This document shows positions 20,912-31,183 of a stretch of 64,000 nt of DNA, in pieces. Every line of letters starts with the position of its first letter. Within the stretch, counting starts at the first letter, position 1. The notes beneath the pieces were generated by a model. That model made no database searches, was not told where the DNA came from, and saw only the letters and a list, made by a program, of their open reading frames with translations. Both the position numbers and the translations under genes were made by a program. The stretch lies in NCBI GenBank assembly GCA_963718615.1, contig OY970368.1, positions 3,424,001-3,488,000 on the forward strand, written 5' to 3'. Source of the stretch: an uncultured cyanobacterium (GTDB lineage Bacteria > Cyanobacteriota > Cyanobacteriia > PCC-9006 > JAAUQQ01).

Positions 20912-22663
20912 GTGCAACCCTTTGATTTCACCACTCAATCTGCTGTTTGTGCTGATTTGTATCAGGCTTGGCTGCCAGCTCGGTTGGAATCTGTATATCA
21001 GCGCGATCGCCACACCCTCTATCTTGCTCTGCGCACGCTCCAGGGACGCGGCTGGCTGGTGATTTCCTGGCATCCCCAGGCGGCCCGGATTCACATGGGG
21101 GCTCCACCGCCCCGTGACCCGGATACGTTTACGTTTAGTCAGCAAATTCAGTCTCAGCTCAAGGGCTTGGCGCTGAGTGCGATCCAGCCGCTTACCCCCT
21201 GGGAGCGGGCGTTGGATTTACAGTTTGCGCGGCGTCCAGGGGAGGCGGTACTTTGGCATCTTTATGTGGAGATCATGGGTAAATACAGCAATGTCTTGCT
21301 GGTGAATGAAGACCATCGGGTGGTAACGGCGGCCCAGCAGGTCAATGCCCAGCAGTCGCGGGTGCGGCAAATCCAAACGGGCCAGGTCTATGAGCCGCCG
21401 CCTGGGCTCCGGGATGCGATTCCATCAGTGCAGGAAACCCAGGCCCGTTGGCAGGAACGGGTGGCGCTGGTGCCGGGACCGATCGCTAAGAATTTAATCC
21501 AGGTCTATCGCGGTGTGAGTTCGGCCTTGGCTCTGTCATTGGTCCAGGCGGCGGGGCTGGATCCCCAGGAGAATAGCGATCGCCTCACCACCTCTCAATG
21601 GCAGGCCCTGTTTGAGCAATGGCAGTTTTGGCTGCGATCCTTAGAAACCGAAATGTTTCAGCCCGGTTGGACGGCCTCGGGGTATACGGTGCTGGGCTTG
21701 GGGCAGGTTGAAGCAGCGGCGGATGTGCAGGTGATGTTGGATCGGTATTATGGGGGGGCACGCGATCGCCAACAGTTTGACCAAATTCGTCACCAGATTG
21801 CCCAGAAGTTGATGAATGGGCTAGGTAAGCTGCGGCAAAAGGCCAGCGGTTTTGCCCTGAGGCTTCAGCAGTCCGATGGGGCGGACCAGTATCGGGCTCA
21901 GGCCGATTTGCTTATGGCCCATTTGCATGAATGGACACCGGGGTTGAAGGTTTTAAACCTGGCGGACTTTGAAACGGGGCAGCCGGTAAAAATTGCCCTC
22001 AATCCTGAGAAAAGTGCAGTCCAAAATGCCCAAGCACTGTATAAGCAGCACCAGAAACTGAAACGAGCTCGCGCGGCGGTGGAGCCCTTGCTAGTAGCGG
22101 TGAATCAGGAAATTCGCTATCTCGAACAGGTGGAGACCAGTCTGGCGGAGCTGAGCCAGTTCCGGGACCCGAGCGATTTGTTGGCGTTGCTGGAAATTCG
22201 TGATGAGTTGGTTCAGCAGGGCTATTTGCCTGATCCCGAGGGGCGGCTGCGTCGAGGGGCGGAAGAGTCGAAAATTGATTTTTATCAGTATCGATCGCCC
22301 CAAGGGGTAATGCTGCTGGTGGGTCGCAACAATCGCCAAAATGACCAGCTCACGTTTCGCCAAGCCACGGATTACGATCTCTGGTTCCACACCCAGGAAA
22401 TTCCGGGGAGTCATGGACTGCTGCGGCTAGAGCCAGGTTCAGTGGCAGATGAAACAGAGTTGCAATGGGCGGCGGATATTGTGGCCTATCACAGTCGGGC
22501 ACGGGAAAGCGAACAGGCTCCAGTGGTCTATACGGAGCCGGCTAATGTCTATAAACCGAAAGGAGCCCAGCCGGGGATGGTGATTTATAAAAAAGAACGG
22601 GTCATTTGGGGCAATCCGCAGCGGGGAAAAGAGTTGATTTTGCGGAGTCGTTCTCTAGAATAA
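20912..22663 (+). CDS. NFACT/RqcH (FbpA-like) ribosome quality-control protein
   Basis: MQPFDFTT, LYVEIMGKYSN, NAQALYKQHQKLKR, VGRNNRQND, WFHTQEIPGSH, KPKGAQPGMV. Confidence 0.92.
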   Translation: MQPFDFTTQSAVCADLYQAWLPARLESVYQRDRHTLYLALRTLQGRGWLVISWHPQAARIHMGAPPPRDPDTFTFSQQIQSQLKGLALSAIQPLTPWERALDLQFARRPGEAVLWHLYVEIMGKYSNVLLVNEDHRVVTAAQQVNAQQSRVRQIQTGQVYEPPPGLRDAIPSVQETQARWQERVALVPGPIAKNLIQVYRGVSSALALSLVQAAGLDPQENSDRLTTSQWQALFEQWQFWLRSLETEMFQPGWTASGYTVLGLGQVEAAADVQVMLDRYYGGARDRQQFDQIRHQIAQKLMNGLGKLRQKASGFALRLQQSDGADQYRAQADLLMAHLHEWTPGLKVLNLADFETGQPVKIALNPEKSAVQNAQALYKQHQKLKRARAAVEPLLVAVNQEIRYLEQVETSLAELSQFRDPSDLLALLEIRDELVQQGYLPDPEGRLRRGAEESKIDFYQYRSPQGVMLLVGRNNRQNDQLTFRQATDYDLWFHTQEIPGSHGLLRLEPGSVADETELQWAADIVAYHSRARESEQAPVVYTEPANVYKPKGAQPGMVIYKKERVIWGNPQRGKELILRSRSLE

Positions 22664-22697
22664 ATTGCCTGAGGACATGTCTGATGATTCCAAAACA

Positions 22698-23552
22698 TCA
22701 TTCCAAAACATCCTGATTTTTAGTCCGCACCCGATTGTAAAACTCTTCCATCGCTTCAATAAAGGAATTCTCGCGGCTCCAAAAGGCGGGAAAATCTCCC
22801 TGTTTTTTGATTAAAATCCCAGGGACAATAGCACTACTTCCCGATACTAGGGGAGCCTTGAATCGTTTCTCCCCCTGCCAAAAGCTGCGCAAACTGATGG
22901 CTTCTGATGTGGATGCGGGAGGATGAACTTGAGGGCGGGTAAACAAGGCTTCAACGGGTTCCGCAAGGGTTTGGGTCATGCCCATTTCTTGGGTTAGGGC
23001 TTGACCTAAAGGCGATTTAGCGAGCTCTTCTTTCAGTTCATCCCGCGATAGTCCCCGGAGTTCAAACAGTAAAAATGGATCGCGATCGAGTTCCTGGGCC
23101 ACCCGATAGTACACTCCAGCCACATGCTTACAAGGATTGCTATAGTCCGGACAAGTGCAGCTCGTAATACAGTCTTGTCGTCCCCGAGGCAAAAGATTGA
23201 GTCCTAGTTGGATAAAGCTTTCTTCAATGTCGTCTGGAATCTCATTCATCATCAGCTTGGAAATCGTGCCCGCCTGCAGGGCAATATGCGCAATGATGGC
23301 ATTCCAGCGCGATCGACTAATGGGCTGAAATTCGATTGTGGTCGTATAGGTCGGTTCTTCATACACGCCATAATAGGGATTTTTGTTGCCCCTAACCCGT
23401 GCAAAAACCAGACCATCCCGTTCTATTTCGAATTCCTTCAATCGATAATTGCTAGAGTAGGCTCGCCCTCGGGCCAAACGTCCTGCATCGGTGAAGCTTT
23501 CTAGGGCTTCTAAAAATTGCTTTTCCCACCAAGTCCGAATTTTTGTAGCCAT
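22698..23552 (-). CDS. SWIM zinc-finger protein
   Basis: GRLARGRAY, CTCPDYSNPCKHVAGV (CxCx5CxH), LDRDPFLLFELRG. Confidence 0.92.
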   Translation of the reverse strand: MATKIRTWWEKQFLEALESFTDAGRLARGRAYSSNYRLKEFEIERDGLVFARVRGNKNPYYGVYEEPTYTTTIEFQPISRSRWNAIIAHIALQAGTISKLMMNEIPDDIEESFIQLGLNLLPRGRQDCITSCTCPDYSNPCKHVAGVYYRVAQELDRDPFLLFELRGLSRDELKEELAKSPLGQALTQEMGMTQTLAEPVEALFTRPQVHPPASTSEAISLRSFWQGEKRFKAPLVSGSSAIVPGILIKKQGDFPAFWSRENSFIEAMEEFYNRVRTKNQDVLE

Positions 23553-23633
23553 GGTCGTTTTCCAATTATTTTGATGATTATTTTGATGATTATCTTGATT
23601 GATTAGCTGAATTGATTATCTAAATTAATTTCT

Positions 23634-26600
23634 CTAATCCAAAACTGCATTTTTATTCAGAATGATCAACCGTTTGAGGGCCTCATTGTCTAATTCTGTT
23701 AACCAAGACTCATCATTCCCCACAACGACGCCTGCTAGTTTCTTCTTGTCTTCGATCATTTGATCGATACGTTCTTCTAGCGTGCCGATCGCCACAAATT
23801 TATGCACAAAAACATTCTTCTTTTGACCAATGCGGAAAGCTCGATCCGTTGCCTGATCCTCCACCGCCGGGTTCCACCAGCGATCGAAATGAAAGACATG
23901 GTTTGCCTTGGTCAGGGTAATCCCAACCCCCCCTGCTTTGAGCGATAAGACAAAAATGGAAGGTTCAGTCTCTGGATTTTGGAACTCCGCTATCATCTGC
24001 TCCCGCTTGTCACGATTTACACCCCCATGGATATAGTAGGTGTTGTAATGACCGCTATGGCGGAAATGATGTTCTAGGGCATCGCCCATTTCACGAAACT
24101 GGGTGAAGATTAAGAGGCTTTCGCCCTCTTCCATCACCTCATCAATCATTTCCGTTAGACGTTGGAACTTGTGCGATCGCTCCACCCCAAATTCACTACC
24201 ATCATGTAAAAACTGGGCTGGATGATTACAAATTTGTTTGAGCTTGGTCAAAGTGGCCAGAATTAAACCTTTGCGTTTGATGCCGTCATCTAGGTTATTT
24301 AAGCTGCCTTCCAGTTCTTTAACAGTGGCTTCGTAGAGGGATGCCTGTTCCTGGGTGAGATGGCAAAAGACCTTTTGCTCGACCTTGTCAGGTAAATCTT
24401 TGATGATGGTTGGATCGGTTTTAACGCGACGCAGAATAAAGGGTTCAACGAGTTGTTTGAGCGTCGCTGATTTGATCGGATCGTTATAGCGCTGGACTGG
24501 CCGTTCAAAGTTGCGGCGAAACTGATTTTCTTTGCCCAAATAACCAGGATTGAGAAAATTGAAAATGGACCACAGATCTAGGAGTCGGTTTTCCACTGGC
24601 GTGCCGGTTAAAGCTAAACGATGTTGGGCTTGGAGTTTTAGAATCGCTTTGGTTTGCGCCGCCTGCGGATTTTTGATGTTTTGAGCTTCGTCTAGAACAA
24701 TGCGTTGCCAGATTGCAGATTGAAAAAACTTGGCGTCTTTTCTGGCCAGGGTAAACGAGGTGATCACGACATCCATCGATTGGCAAGCGCTTTGAAATTC
24801 CTTGGCGTCCTGAAGGCGATCGCCCCCATGGTGAATCATCGCCCGCAGTTGCGGCGCAAACTTCTTGATTTCCCGCAGCCAGTTGCCCACAACAGAGGTG
24901 GGTGCGATCAGCAGCGTTGGCGCAATTTCCGCCTTGGCCTGCTCTCGCTCCTGTACCAGTCGAGCAATGACCTGCACGGTTTTACCCAAGCCCATATCAT
25001 CTGCCAAACAACCATTGAATCCCAATTGTTCTAGATAGTTGAGCCAGGCAACACCCCGCTTTTGGTAGTCCCGTAGATTACCTTCAAACTGATCCGGATC
25101 TTCAATTAATTCCATCTGACTGCTGTCGTGGAGTTTGCTCAGCATCTCTTGCAGCTTGCGATCGCGCGAGACATCCACTTCAATATCATCTCCCGCCTCC
25201 GCTGTCAGTTTCATAAAATCCATCAAACTCATGGCGGGATGCTTTTTTTGATGCTCCTGCCAAAAGTTCAACATCTCCTGCATTTTGTTAGGATCGAGCT
25301 GCATCCACTGCCCCCGAAAATGTACCAGCGGAGCCTTAGCGTTGACCAGTTGATTCCATTCTGCTTGGCTCACCGGCTCACCACCGATCGAAAGCTCATA
25401 CTGATAGCTAATCAGCTTATCGACTGAAAAATAGCTTTTCGCCCCTTGTCCTGCTTTTGCGGATTGTCCCTGGGCACGGAGTTTAATCTTGGCCCGTCGC
25501 CGTCCTTCTGGGGTCCACCAAGCAGGAACAATCACTTTATAGCCTGCATCTTCCAGGACCCACGCGGCCTCTTGCAAAAACTCGAAGGCTGTTGTTAAAT
25601 CCAGTGGAATTCCGTGGGGCTGATCAGTTTTGAGGGCTTCCCAAACTTTGGGATAGATTCGAGCTGCATAGCCCAAATTGAGCAAAAGATGTTGTTCAAA
25701 CGCCTCACCAAACTGTTGCCGCATGGCTTTTTGCTGATTTTTGCGTAATCGCCAATAATCGAACAATGTCAACTTTAAGGAGGGATCGGATTTGGGGGCT
25801 ACCTGAAAAATCAGCTGCCAGGGAGATTCCGCTTGAGCGGGTTCTTGCAAGACAAAATAGAGCCAAAAAGGTAGGTTGGTTTGGGTGCGGGTGATGCGAT
25901 CGCGCCAAGCCTGCCACTGTTGATAGGTTTCGAGCTTTTCAGGGGAGACATTGGCCAGAAGGGGAGATTTGGGAGAACGACATTGTTCAATTAAAGAGCC
26001 TTCGATCTTTTTCTGAAAACTGATGGGAAGTTCCGTTGAGGTGACCAAGTGGCTGAGCAGATATTCCGAAAAATGGCGTAACAGGGTTTCGCCGTCGTAC
26101 AGTTGAGGGGTTGCAGGACGGTCTGAAAATCCTGCCCCACAAATTCGGGGCATGGCGGCGATCGCCTGTTCTAAAGCCTCATCGTACTGACGACTCACGA
26201 TTTCCCAGGTGGGATAAATCTCGAACTTGCCTTGGCTAGACTTACCTTGGCTAGACTTGCCTTTCAGTTTGCGGTATTTCAGCGCTGGAATATATTGATC
26301 TTTGAGAATAACGGTTTTGAAGCTTTGACTATAGTTAAGCCAAAATAGCAGGTCTGCCCCTAACTGAATTTCTGCCAGTTGATGCTGTGCAATAAAATGG
26401 AGTTCGGGCAAGAGTTGAAATAAATAGGCGAGGCGATCGCGATAGTCTTTGCTCCCTTTGGCATAGGTCCCCACCTGATAACAATCAATTCGCCAATATT
26501 GCCAATCAAAGGTGTCAGGCAGTTCGGCTTCGAGATAGCGCGATAATTCGAGAGAGGGCAGTGGTACCTTTTCCGCACTAGGTAACAGGAAAAAACGGCT

Positions 26601-26813
26601 GACGATGAAATCCTTAAGCTGGCGATGGGGTGAAACGCGAAACCCCAGGTCTTGGCTCAAACAATCAGCCAGATCGGCCTGGGGTAAATGGCGGGGATGC
26701 CGATCGTCTTTCCAACGGCGTGGCTGATCGGTTTCAACCCAGAGATAAAATCCCCCACCCTGGTGGAAATCATTGGTAAAATCTGGAATCCAAGTACCGT
26801 GAAGAATCTTCAT
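23634..26813 (-). CDS. SNF2-family DEAD/DEAH helicase
   Basis: Start MKILHGTWIP; LRDYQKRG, LADDMGLGKT, LDEAQNIK, LTGTPVEN, SLKAGGVGITL, DRWWNPAVEDQATDRAFRIGQ. Confidence 0.95.
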   Translation of the reverse strand: MKILHGTWIPDFTNDFHQGGGFYLWVETDQPRRWKDDRHPRHLPQADLADCLSQDLGFRVSPHRQLKDFIVSRFFLLPSAEKVPLPSLELSRYLEAELPDTFDWQYWRIDCYQVGTYAKGSKDYRDRLAYLFQLLPELHFIAQHQLAEIQLGADLLFWLNYSQSFKTVILKDQYIPALKYRKLKGKSSQGKSSQGKFEIYPTWEIVSRQYDEALEQAIAAMPRICGAGFSDRPATPQLYDGETLLRHFSEYLLSHLVTSTELPISFQKKIEGSLIEQCRSPKSPLLANVSPEKLETYQQWQAWRDRITRTQTNLPFWLYFVLQEPAQAESPWQLIFQVAPKSDPSLKLTLFDYWRLRKNQQKAMRQQFGEAFEQHLLLNLGYAARIYPKVWEALKTDQPHGIPLDLTTAFEFLQEAAWVLEDAGYKVIVPAWWTPEGRRRAKIKLRAQGQSAKAGQGAKSYFSVDKLISYQYELSIGGEPVSQAEWNQLVNAKAPLVHFRGQWMQLDPNKMQEMLNFWQEHQKKHPAMSLMDFMKLTAEAGDDIEVDVSRDRKLQEMLSKLHDSSQMELIEDPDQFEGNLRDYQKRGVAWLNYLEQLGFNGCLADDMGLGKTVQVIARLVQEREQAKAEIAPTLLIAPTSVVGNWLREIKKFAPQLRAMIHHGGDRLQDAKEFQSACQSMDVVITSFTLARKDAKFFQSAIWQRIVLDEAQNIKNPQAAQTKAILKLQAQHRLALTGTPVENRLLDLWSIFNFLNPGYLGKENQFRRNFERPVQRYNDPIKSATLKQLVEPFILRRVKTDPTIIKDLPDKVEQKVFCHLTQEQASLYEATVKELEGSLNNLDDGIKRKGLILATLTKLKQICNHPAQFLHDGSEFGVERSHKFQRLTEMIDEVMEEGESLLIFTQFREMGDALEHHFRHSGHYNTYYIHGGVNRDKREQMIAEFQNPETEPSIFVLSLKAGGVGITLTKANHVFHFDRWWNPAVEDQATDRAFRIGQKKNVFVHKFVAIGTLEERIDQMIEDKKKLAGVVVGNDESWLTELDNEALKRLIILNKNAVLD

Positions 26814-26878
26814 GCATACTGCCACATCTCTTGCTATGACTGTAGCAGACCTCTGTTGATCAGCAAGGGAATGGATAT

Positions 26879-28600
26879 ATGCCGCAATACTGCCAAGGAC
26901 CCCAACGACTCCAGTCACCTCGATGGCGGTGGAGTCTAGGTTTAGGGCTCGGGTTGAGCCTAGGGGTTGGGATTTGGGGCTGTCAACGCTCGATGCCTGC
27001 GCCTGTATCGTCATCGGTTCCAGGCTCGCCTGTATCGTCTGTATCGCCGGACTGCGGTAGCCCTAGCGGGGGTCCTCGCCAAAACCCGGTGGCTCAACGG
27101 TATCCCCAGGAGATTCCAGGGGCGTTGGCCTGGACCCAAACCCTTCCCTGGGGCTGTGTCTACAACATTGAGGATTTTGAGGGTAAAACCGATGGCGATC
27201 GCTATCAAGCGGCGAAAACTGCGGCGATCGCCCAAGGCGGTGGTGTCATTTACTTCCCCGCAGGGGTCTATCAATTCACGGAAGATTTGGTTTTGGCCCA
27301 GGGCATTGTTCTGCGGGGAGAAGCCTCGCGACAGCCGGATGCCAAAGCAGCAGCCTACAAACCGTTAACGGAATTTCAGTTTCCTCGCTATGAGCCCAGT
27401 GCCACGGGAACCGGGACCGCCAACACCACGGCGTTTAAAAAAATTCGCACCGAGTCGCCAGATACAGATAGCAATCTCGGCTTAGTTGACTTGGACATTA
27501 ATCGCGCGGGAATTGAGTGGGTGGCCGATGCAGACCGGGGGACCAATCGCAATTTGCTAGTCTTGGGTATTCGCAGTAACAATGTTGCTGAGCCTGACCC
27601 TAAGGTTCCGGATTTGAGCTTTCAACCGGCGAGTTTGCGATACAGCTATCGCTTTGCCGCCAATGTGCGGCTTCAAGCGACGGGTCAGATTTTGGTCGCA
27701 AATAATCGTCTCAATGATGCCATTACCGATAGCTACGACCAACCGGGATATGTGGTTAAGGCCTTGAAGGGAGATGGAACTGTGACTTATCGCGACGGCG
27801 ATCGCGTGCCCTTTGATTATGGCAATCACTATGGCATTGTGGTCAACCGATCGAAGGCCGGTGGCTTTCGGTATGCTAGTGAACCTGCTCAAGAACCCAG
27901 TCTATTTCGCCCTGGCATTGTGATTTTAGACAACTGGGTTTACCACACAATGCGAGTAGGCATTCAAGCCTCTGGCCAGGGTCTGCGGATTCAAGGCAAT
28001 GTGATTCAAGACCAGCCCGACAAACAAACCTGGACAGACCCAACGGGACTCAAACAGCCCCAGGGTTCAGTCACCTTGGAAAATCGGGCGATCGACTGGT
28101 CGGGTCATGAGGTTGTGATTGCCAATAATCTCTACGAAGTCTATCGCCACAAAATCATGGATACGCCCTATTTTAGCGTTGATGGCGAAGGGATTCTGAT
28201 TCAAGAATGCTGCGGTGGCACCAGTGTCCAGGGTCTAAAACTCCTGCGCAATCGAGGGAATGGCTACATTGGCCTTTATAAAGTGCCCCAAATTCAGAAC
28301 GTTCAAATTCGAGAGAATAGGGTTGAGGCTGACGGTGAAGCCTTGTTTGTCAGTGCAGATACGAATCATCAACCGGGTCGATTGGAGCAAGTGGCGATCG
28401 AACACAATCGTTTCCAGGGTGACATTCGAGTCATCGGCAGTGCAGGGGGGCAAGAAAATACGGTTGACCAAAACCAAGGCAGCGGTACCATCCGTTCCAC
28501 CTGCAACGTCGAGGTTGGGGAGAATCCAGGGTTTGCGATCGAGCCTTGCAAAACCAATGCACCCAATTCAAACAACACAAATGGTTCTAACGATTCCTAG
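26879..28600 (+). CDS. Putative lipoprotein with pectin-lyase-like parallel beta-helix
   Basis: Hydrophobic stretch ending in a GIWGC lipobox, GGGVIYFPAGVY (pectate_lyase_3-like N-terminus), and repeated I.xN.I/V beta-helix units. Confidence 0.7.
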   Translation: MPQYCQGPQRLQSPRWRWSLGLGLGLSLGVGIWGCQRSMPAPVSSSVPGSPVSSVSPDCGSPSGGPRQNPVAQRYPQEIPGALAWTQTLPWGCVYNIEDFEGKTDGDRYQAAKTAAIAQGGGVIYFPAGVYQFTEDLVLAQGIVLRGEASRQPDAKAAAYKPLTEFQFPRYEPSATGTGTANTTAFKKIRTESPDTDSNLGLVDLDINRAGIEWVADADRGTNRNLLVLGIRSNNVAEPDPKVPDLSFQPASLRYSYRFAANVRLQATGQILVANNRLNDAITDSYDQPGYVVKALKGDGTVTYRDGDRVPFDYGNHYGIVVNRSKAGGFRYASEPAQEPSLFRPGIVILDNWVYHTMRVGIQASGQGLRIQGNVIQDQPDKQTWTDPTGLKQPQGSVTLENRAIDWSGHEVVIANNLYEVYRHKIMDTPYFSVDGEGILIQECCGGTSVQGLKLLRNRGNGYIGLYKVPQIQNVQIRENRVEADGEALFVSADTNHQPGRLEQVAIEHNRFQGDIRVIGSAGGQENTVDQNQGSGTIRSTCNVEVGENPGFAIEPCKTNAPNSNNTNGSNDS

Positions 28601-28604
28601 AAAG

Positions 28605-28998
28605 CTAAGCCTTTTTGGTGTAGCTCAACCCACTGGCAAACTCTTCACTATAGGCTTCTTCTCCATGCTCACTGATATCCAAGCCTTCGTTCTCTGCTTG
28701 GGGGCTAACTCGTAAATCCATCACTAAACTGAGGCCCTTAATGATGATAAAAGTTCCCACCGCTGCAAAGATATAGGTTGCTACGACGCCCACAAACTGT
28801 TCCCATAGCTGGGCAGGATTGCCAAACAAAAGGCCGTTGTCTCCAAACTCATTGATGGCCTTTTGAGCAAAGACTCCTGTTAATAGAGCACCGATAGTTC
28901 CGCCCAAGCCATGCACAGGAAAGGTATCCAACGAGTCATCGAAGACTAGTTTTACCCGCAGACTGACTGCATAGAAGCAGCATACTGACGTGGTTGTG
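28605..28998 (-). pseudogene. amt: Ammonium transporter C-terminal remnant
   Basis: In-frame TTSVCCFYAVSLRVKLVFDDSLDTFPVHGLGGTIGALLTGVFA...LRVSPQAENEGLDISEHGEEAY matches the last Amt helices. An in-frame TAG lies a few codons upstream and the N-terminal part of the gene is absent. Confidence 0.88.
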
Positions 28999-29087
28999 TT
29001 CGAAACGAGACAACCCTACAGGGGATGTTCAGGCATCAATTTTGTATAGCTAACCTTACCAAAGACAACAAAACACCCCTTGATTTT

Positions 29088-29103
29088 TGTATTTTGTGCT
29101 ACA
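29088..29103. promoter_or_regulatory. NtcA-binding site
   Basis: TGTA-ttttgtgc-TACA matches the consensus GTA-N8-TAC and lies about 90 bp upstream of the amt remnant. Confidence 0.7.
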
Positions 29104-29193
29104 TTCCTATCGAGCTTAATAATTCTGAATAGTGTAAAAGCGTGGTGTCGTAGGAGACTCGACTGTCTCCGTCGTTCTTCCAAAAGTTTTACA

Positions 29194-29222
29194 GAGCTAA
29201 ACCCCTGTGGGGTCTAGCTCTT
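29194..29222. terminator. Stem-loop downstream of the 29305-30426 gene
   Basis: AGAGCTAAACCCC-tgt-GGGGTCTAGCTCT, a 13-bp stem with one mismatch on + (G.U on -). Confidence 0.5.
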
Positions 29223-29304
29223 GGGGCGATCGCCCCTCCATCTCCTAAACCGGCTGGACAGAGCTAGGGCCGATGCTCATGTTTCTTCATTTACCTTTCT
29301 AGGC

Positions 29305-30426
29305 TTACTTTTCTAGGCGATTCCAGGCCTTAATCACCGCTTGCAAAGCCTGGGGCAGGCGGTCCTGTGCCAAGTCAATGTACTCAACAGCCGCACCGGA
29401 AGTCTCTAGGCGCGTCGTGGGATAATCGGCAAAGGCGGCTTGGGTGAGATAGCGCATGCGGTTCAGATTGAGAAACCGTTGTGTCTGCAAGAGACTCTGA
29501 AAATCATCGACTTCCCGCTGGGACAGTTTGCGCAACACCGTGCGAGTGGGCTGATTGCCTGGAGTCCCCGGTCGAAACTGTTCGCGATAGAGAGTCCCAT
29601 CGGTGGCCAAGATCGTCTTTTGTACCGACCCTGTGAGATCGCCACTGAGCTGGCTCTGGAAAAGAATTTGGGGTTCGAGATCGGGCGAGGGATTGCCTAA
29701 CGGGAAAAACGAGGTTAATAGCTGGCTACCGCCACCGCTCGCGGTTCGGTTTTGGGCAAGGCGGGAGCCATCTTCACTCAGATGATAAACCCACTGCGAT
29801 TGTCCAGGGGTGAGGATCACTCGAAACCCGGCTACTGCCTGTTGTGTACAAAAGCGATCGGGTTCAAAGATGCCTAGACAACCGTCCCAAACCGCAGGCT
29901 GAACCTCCAGAATTTGTAAGCGTCTAACCGGCTGCTTGAGGTCCTGGGCAGCCTTTTTAAGCAATCGTTGGCTGACTTCTTGGGTAAATTCTCCTCGGGC
30001 AAAATCAGCAGCCCCGTCTAGGGGTTCGAGGCGGAGTAGCTGTTGGCCATTGCGATCGCTCCGGTAAAACCACTGCTGTTGGCGACTCGCTATCTGTACT
30101 CGCCAGCCTTCAACCGTTCCACCTTTGCATCGCTCGTTAGGACGACCCAAGCCCAAACATTGGTCCGGCCAAATACTAGGGGTTGCTTGAACAATCTGGA
30201 GAGTTTCTGGGGCAACATTGAGCCGATTGCTTAAGTCTCGCTGCATGCGCCGCGCGAGGGCAAAAGGAATCCTAGAGCCAGTGGCCTGACTCAGAACCTG
30301 GGACTTGACAGAAGGGGATACAGGAGAAGGGGATACAGGAGAGAGTTGGGGGGCTGCGATCGCAGCCATTCCACTCCCCAACACCACCAAACTCACCAAC
30401 ACACTGACAGAACGCAGAGAAGCCAT
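29305..30426 (-). CDS. Secreted hypothetical protein with two WxDxCLG..C repeats
   Basis: Signal peptide and duplicated motif WPDQCLGL...C...GWRV / WDGCLGI...C...GFRV. Confidence 0.75.
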   Translation of the reverse strand: MASLRSVSVLVSLVVLGSGMAAIAAPQLSPVSPSPVSPSVKSQVLSQATGSRIPFALARRMQRDLSNRLNVAPETLQIVQATPSIWPDQCLGLGRPNERCKGGTVEGWRVQIASRQQQWFYRSDRNGQQLLRLEPLDGAADFARGEFTQEVSQRLLKKAAQDLKQPVRRLQILEVQPAVWDGCLGIFEPDRFCTQQAVAGFRVILTPGQSQWVYHLSEDGSRLAQNRTASGGGSQLLTSFFPLGNPSPDLEPQILFQSQLSGDLTGSVQKTILATDGTLYREQFRPGTPGNQPTRTVLRKLSQREVDDFQSLLQTQRFLNLNRMRYLTQAAFADYPTTRLETSGAAVEYIDLAQDRLPQALQAVIKAWNRLEK

Positions 30427-30514
30427 ATAGAGAGTGACCTTGCAAGATAAATGAGCGTTACTCCGTTTTTATGAAGCATTCGCCCGATGGGATGTTTCCA
30501 ACCTAAGTCAAGGT

Positions 30515-31183
30515 TTACAATCCAATGGCTCGGTTACCAAATGGGTTACCATCCGGTTGTTCACGAGAGGAACTGAGGTCTGTACTAGGCCCTAAATATC
30601 GTTCCAGATACGGGGAAAACACTTCGTAAATCAACGTCAACGGTTGGCCATGGTGCCAAAACAAATAGTGCCGTCCCCAAAACGGGCCTGACTGACTAAA
30701 GGCTTTTTCAAGGGATTGGGAATGACCATAATGAATGCCTTGGACATCGCGATAGAGCTCCGTGCGCAGCCGCGCCAGACTCAGCCAAATGGGCAGCGAT
30801 CGATTCTGTAAATACTCATCCACATGGGACGCCTCCCACCAGGATGTCGCATAGGCCAATCGCTGCCCCGAGGCCGTGCGCAACCACACCTGCCGCCGCA
30901 CCCTTGGGCCGGGTACCACCTGGACCCGCTCCGGTGCCCCATCCCCGGCCTCCTCGACCCGCGACATATCAATGACATCCACCTCCGTCCGCTCTCCGGT
31001 CAAGAGCTGCAGGTGCCGGGTGGGTGAGCCATCGCCCAAGAGCAACATCTGCCAGGCCGGAGCCAGTTTCTCGTGGGGCAGCCCCTGCTGAACTACTGCC
31101 TCTCCCCCTTCCCACAGCGGTGTGAGACTATGCCAGGTCTTAGGATTGAGCTTGCCGTCTCGTTTATCGATCGTTGCTGTCAC
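30515..31183 (-). CDS. Chorismate pyruvate-lyase (DUF98/UbiC-like)
   Basis: WQMLLLGDGSPTRHLQLL, RRQVWL, LAYATSWW, WGRHYLFWH, LTLIYEVFSP. Confidence 0.85.
   Translation of the reverse strand: MTATIDKRDGKLNPKTWHSLTPLWEGGEAVVQQGLPHEKLAPAWQMLLLGDGSPTRHLQLLTGERTEVDVIDMSRVEEAGDGAPERVQVVPGPRVRRQVWLRTASGQRLAYATSWWEASHVDEYLQNRSLPIWLSLARLRTELYRDVQGIHYGHSQSLEKAFSQSGPFWGRHYLFWHHGQPLTLIYEVFSPYLERYLGPSTDLSSSREQPDGNPFGNRAIGL

Noticed and set aside
26814-27014. 67-aa N-terminal extension of the SNF2 ORF
   Set aside because: It overlaps the divergent lipoprotein gene; MKILHGTW at 26813 is the family-like start.
29140-29180. Glutamine (glnA) riboswitch near the NtcA box
   Set aside because: Only a GGAGAC/GTCTCC hairpin is present; the conserved CGTT...GGAAGTA...GAAGGAACG elements are not in order.
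29014-29211. Inverted CCCTACAGGGG / CCCCTGTGGGG as ends of a mobile element truncating amt
   Set aside because: The match is short and imperfect, the right copy is the centre of its own hairpin, and there is no target duplication.
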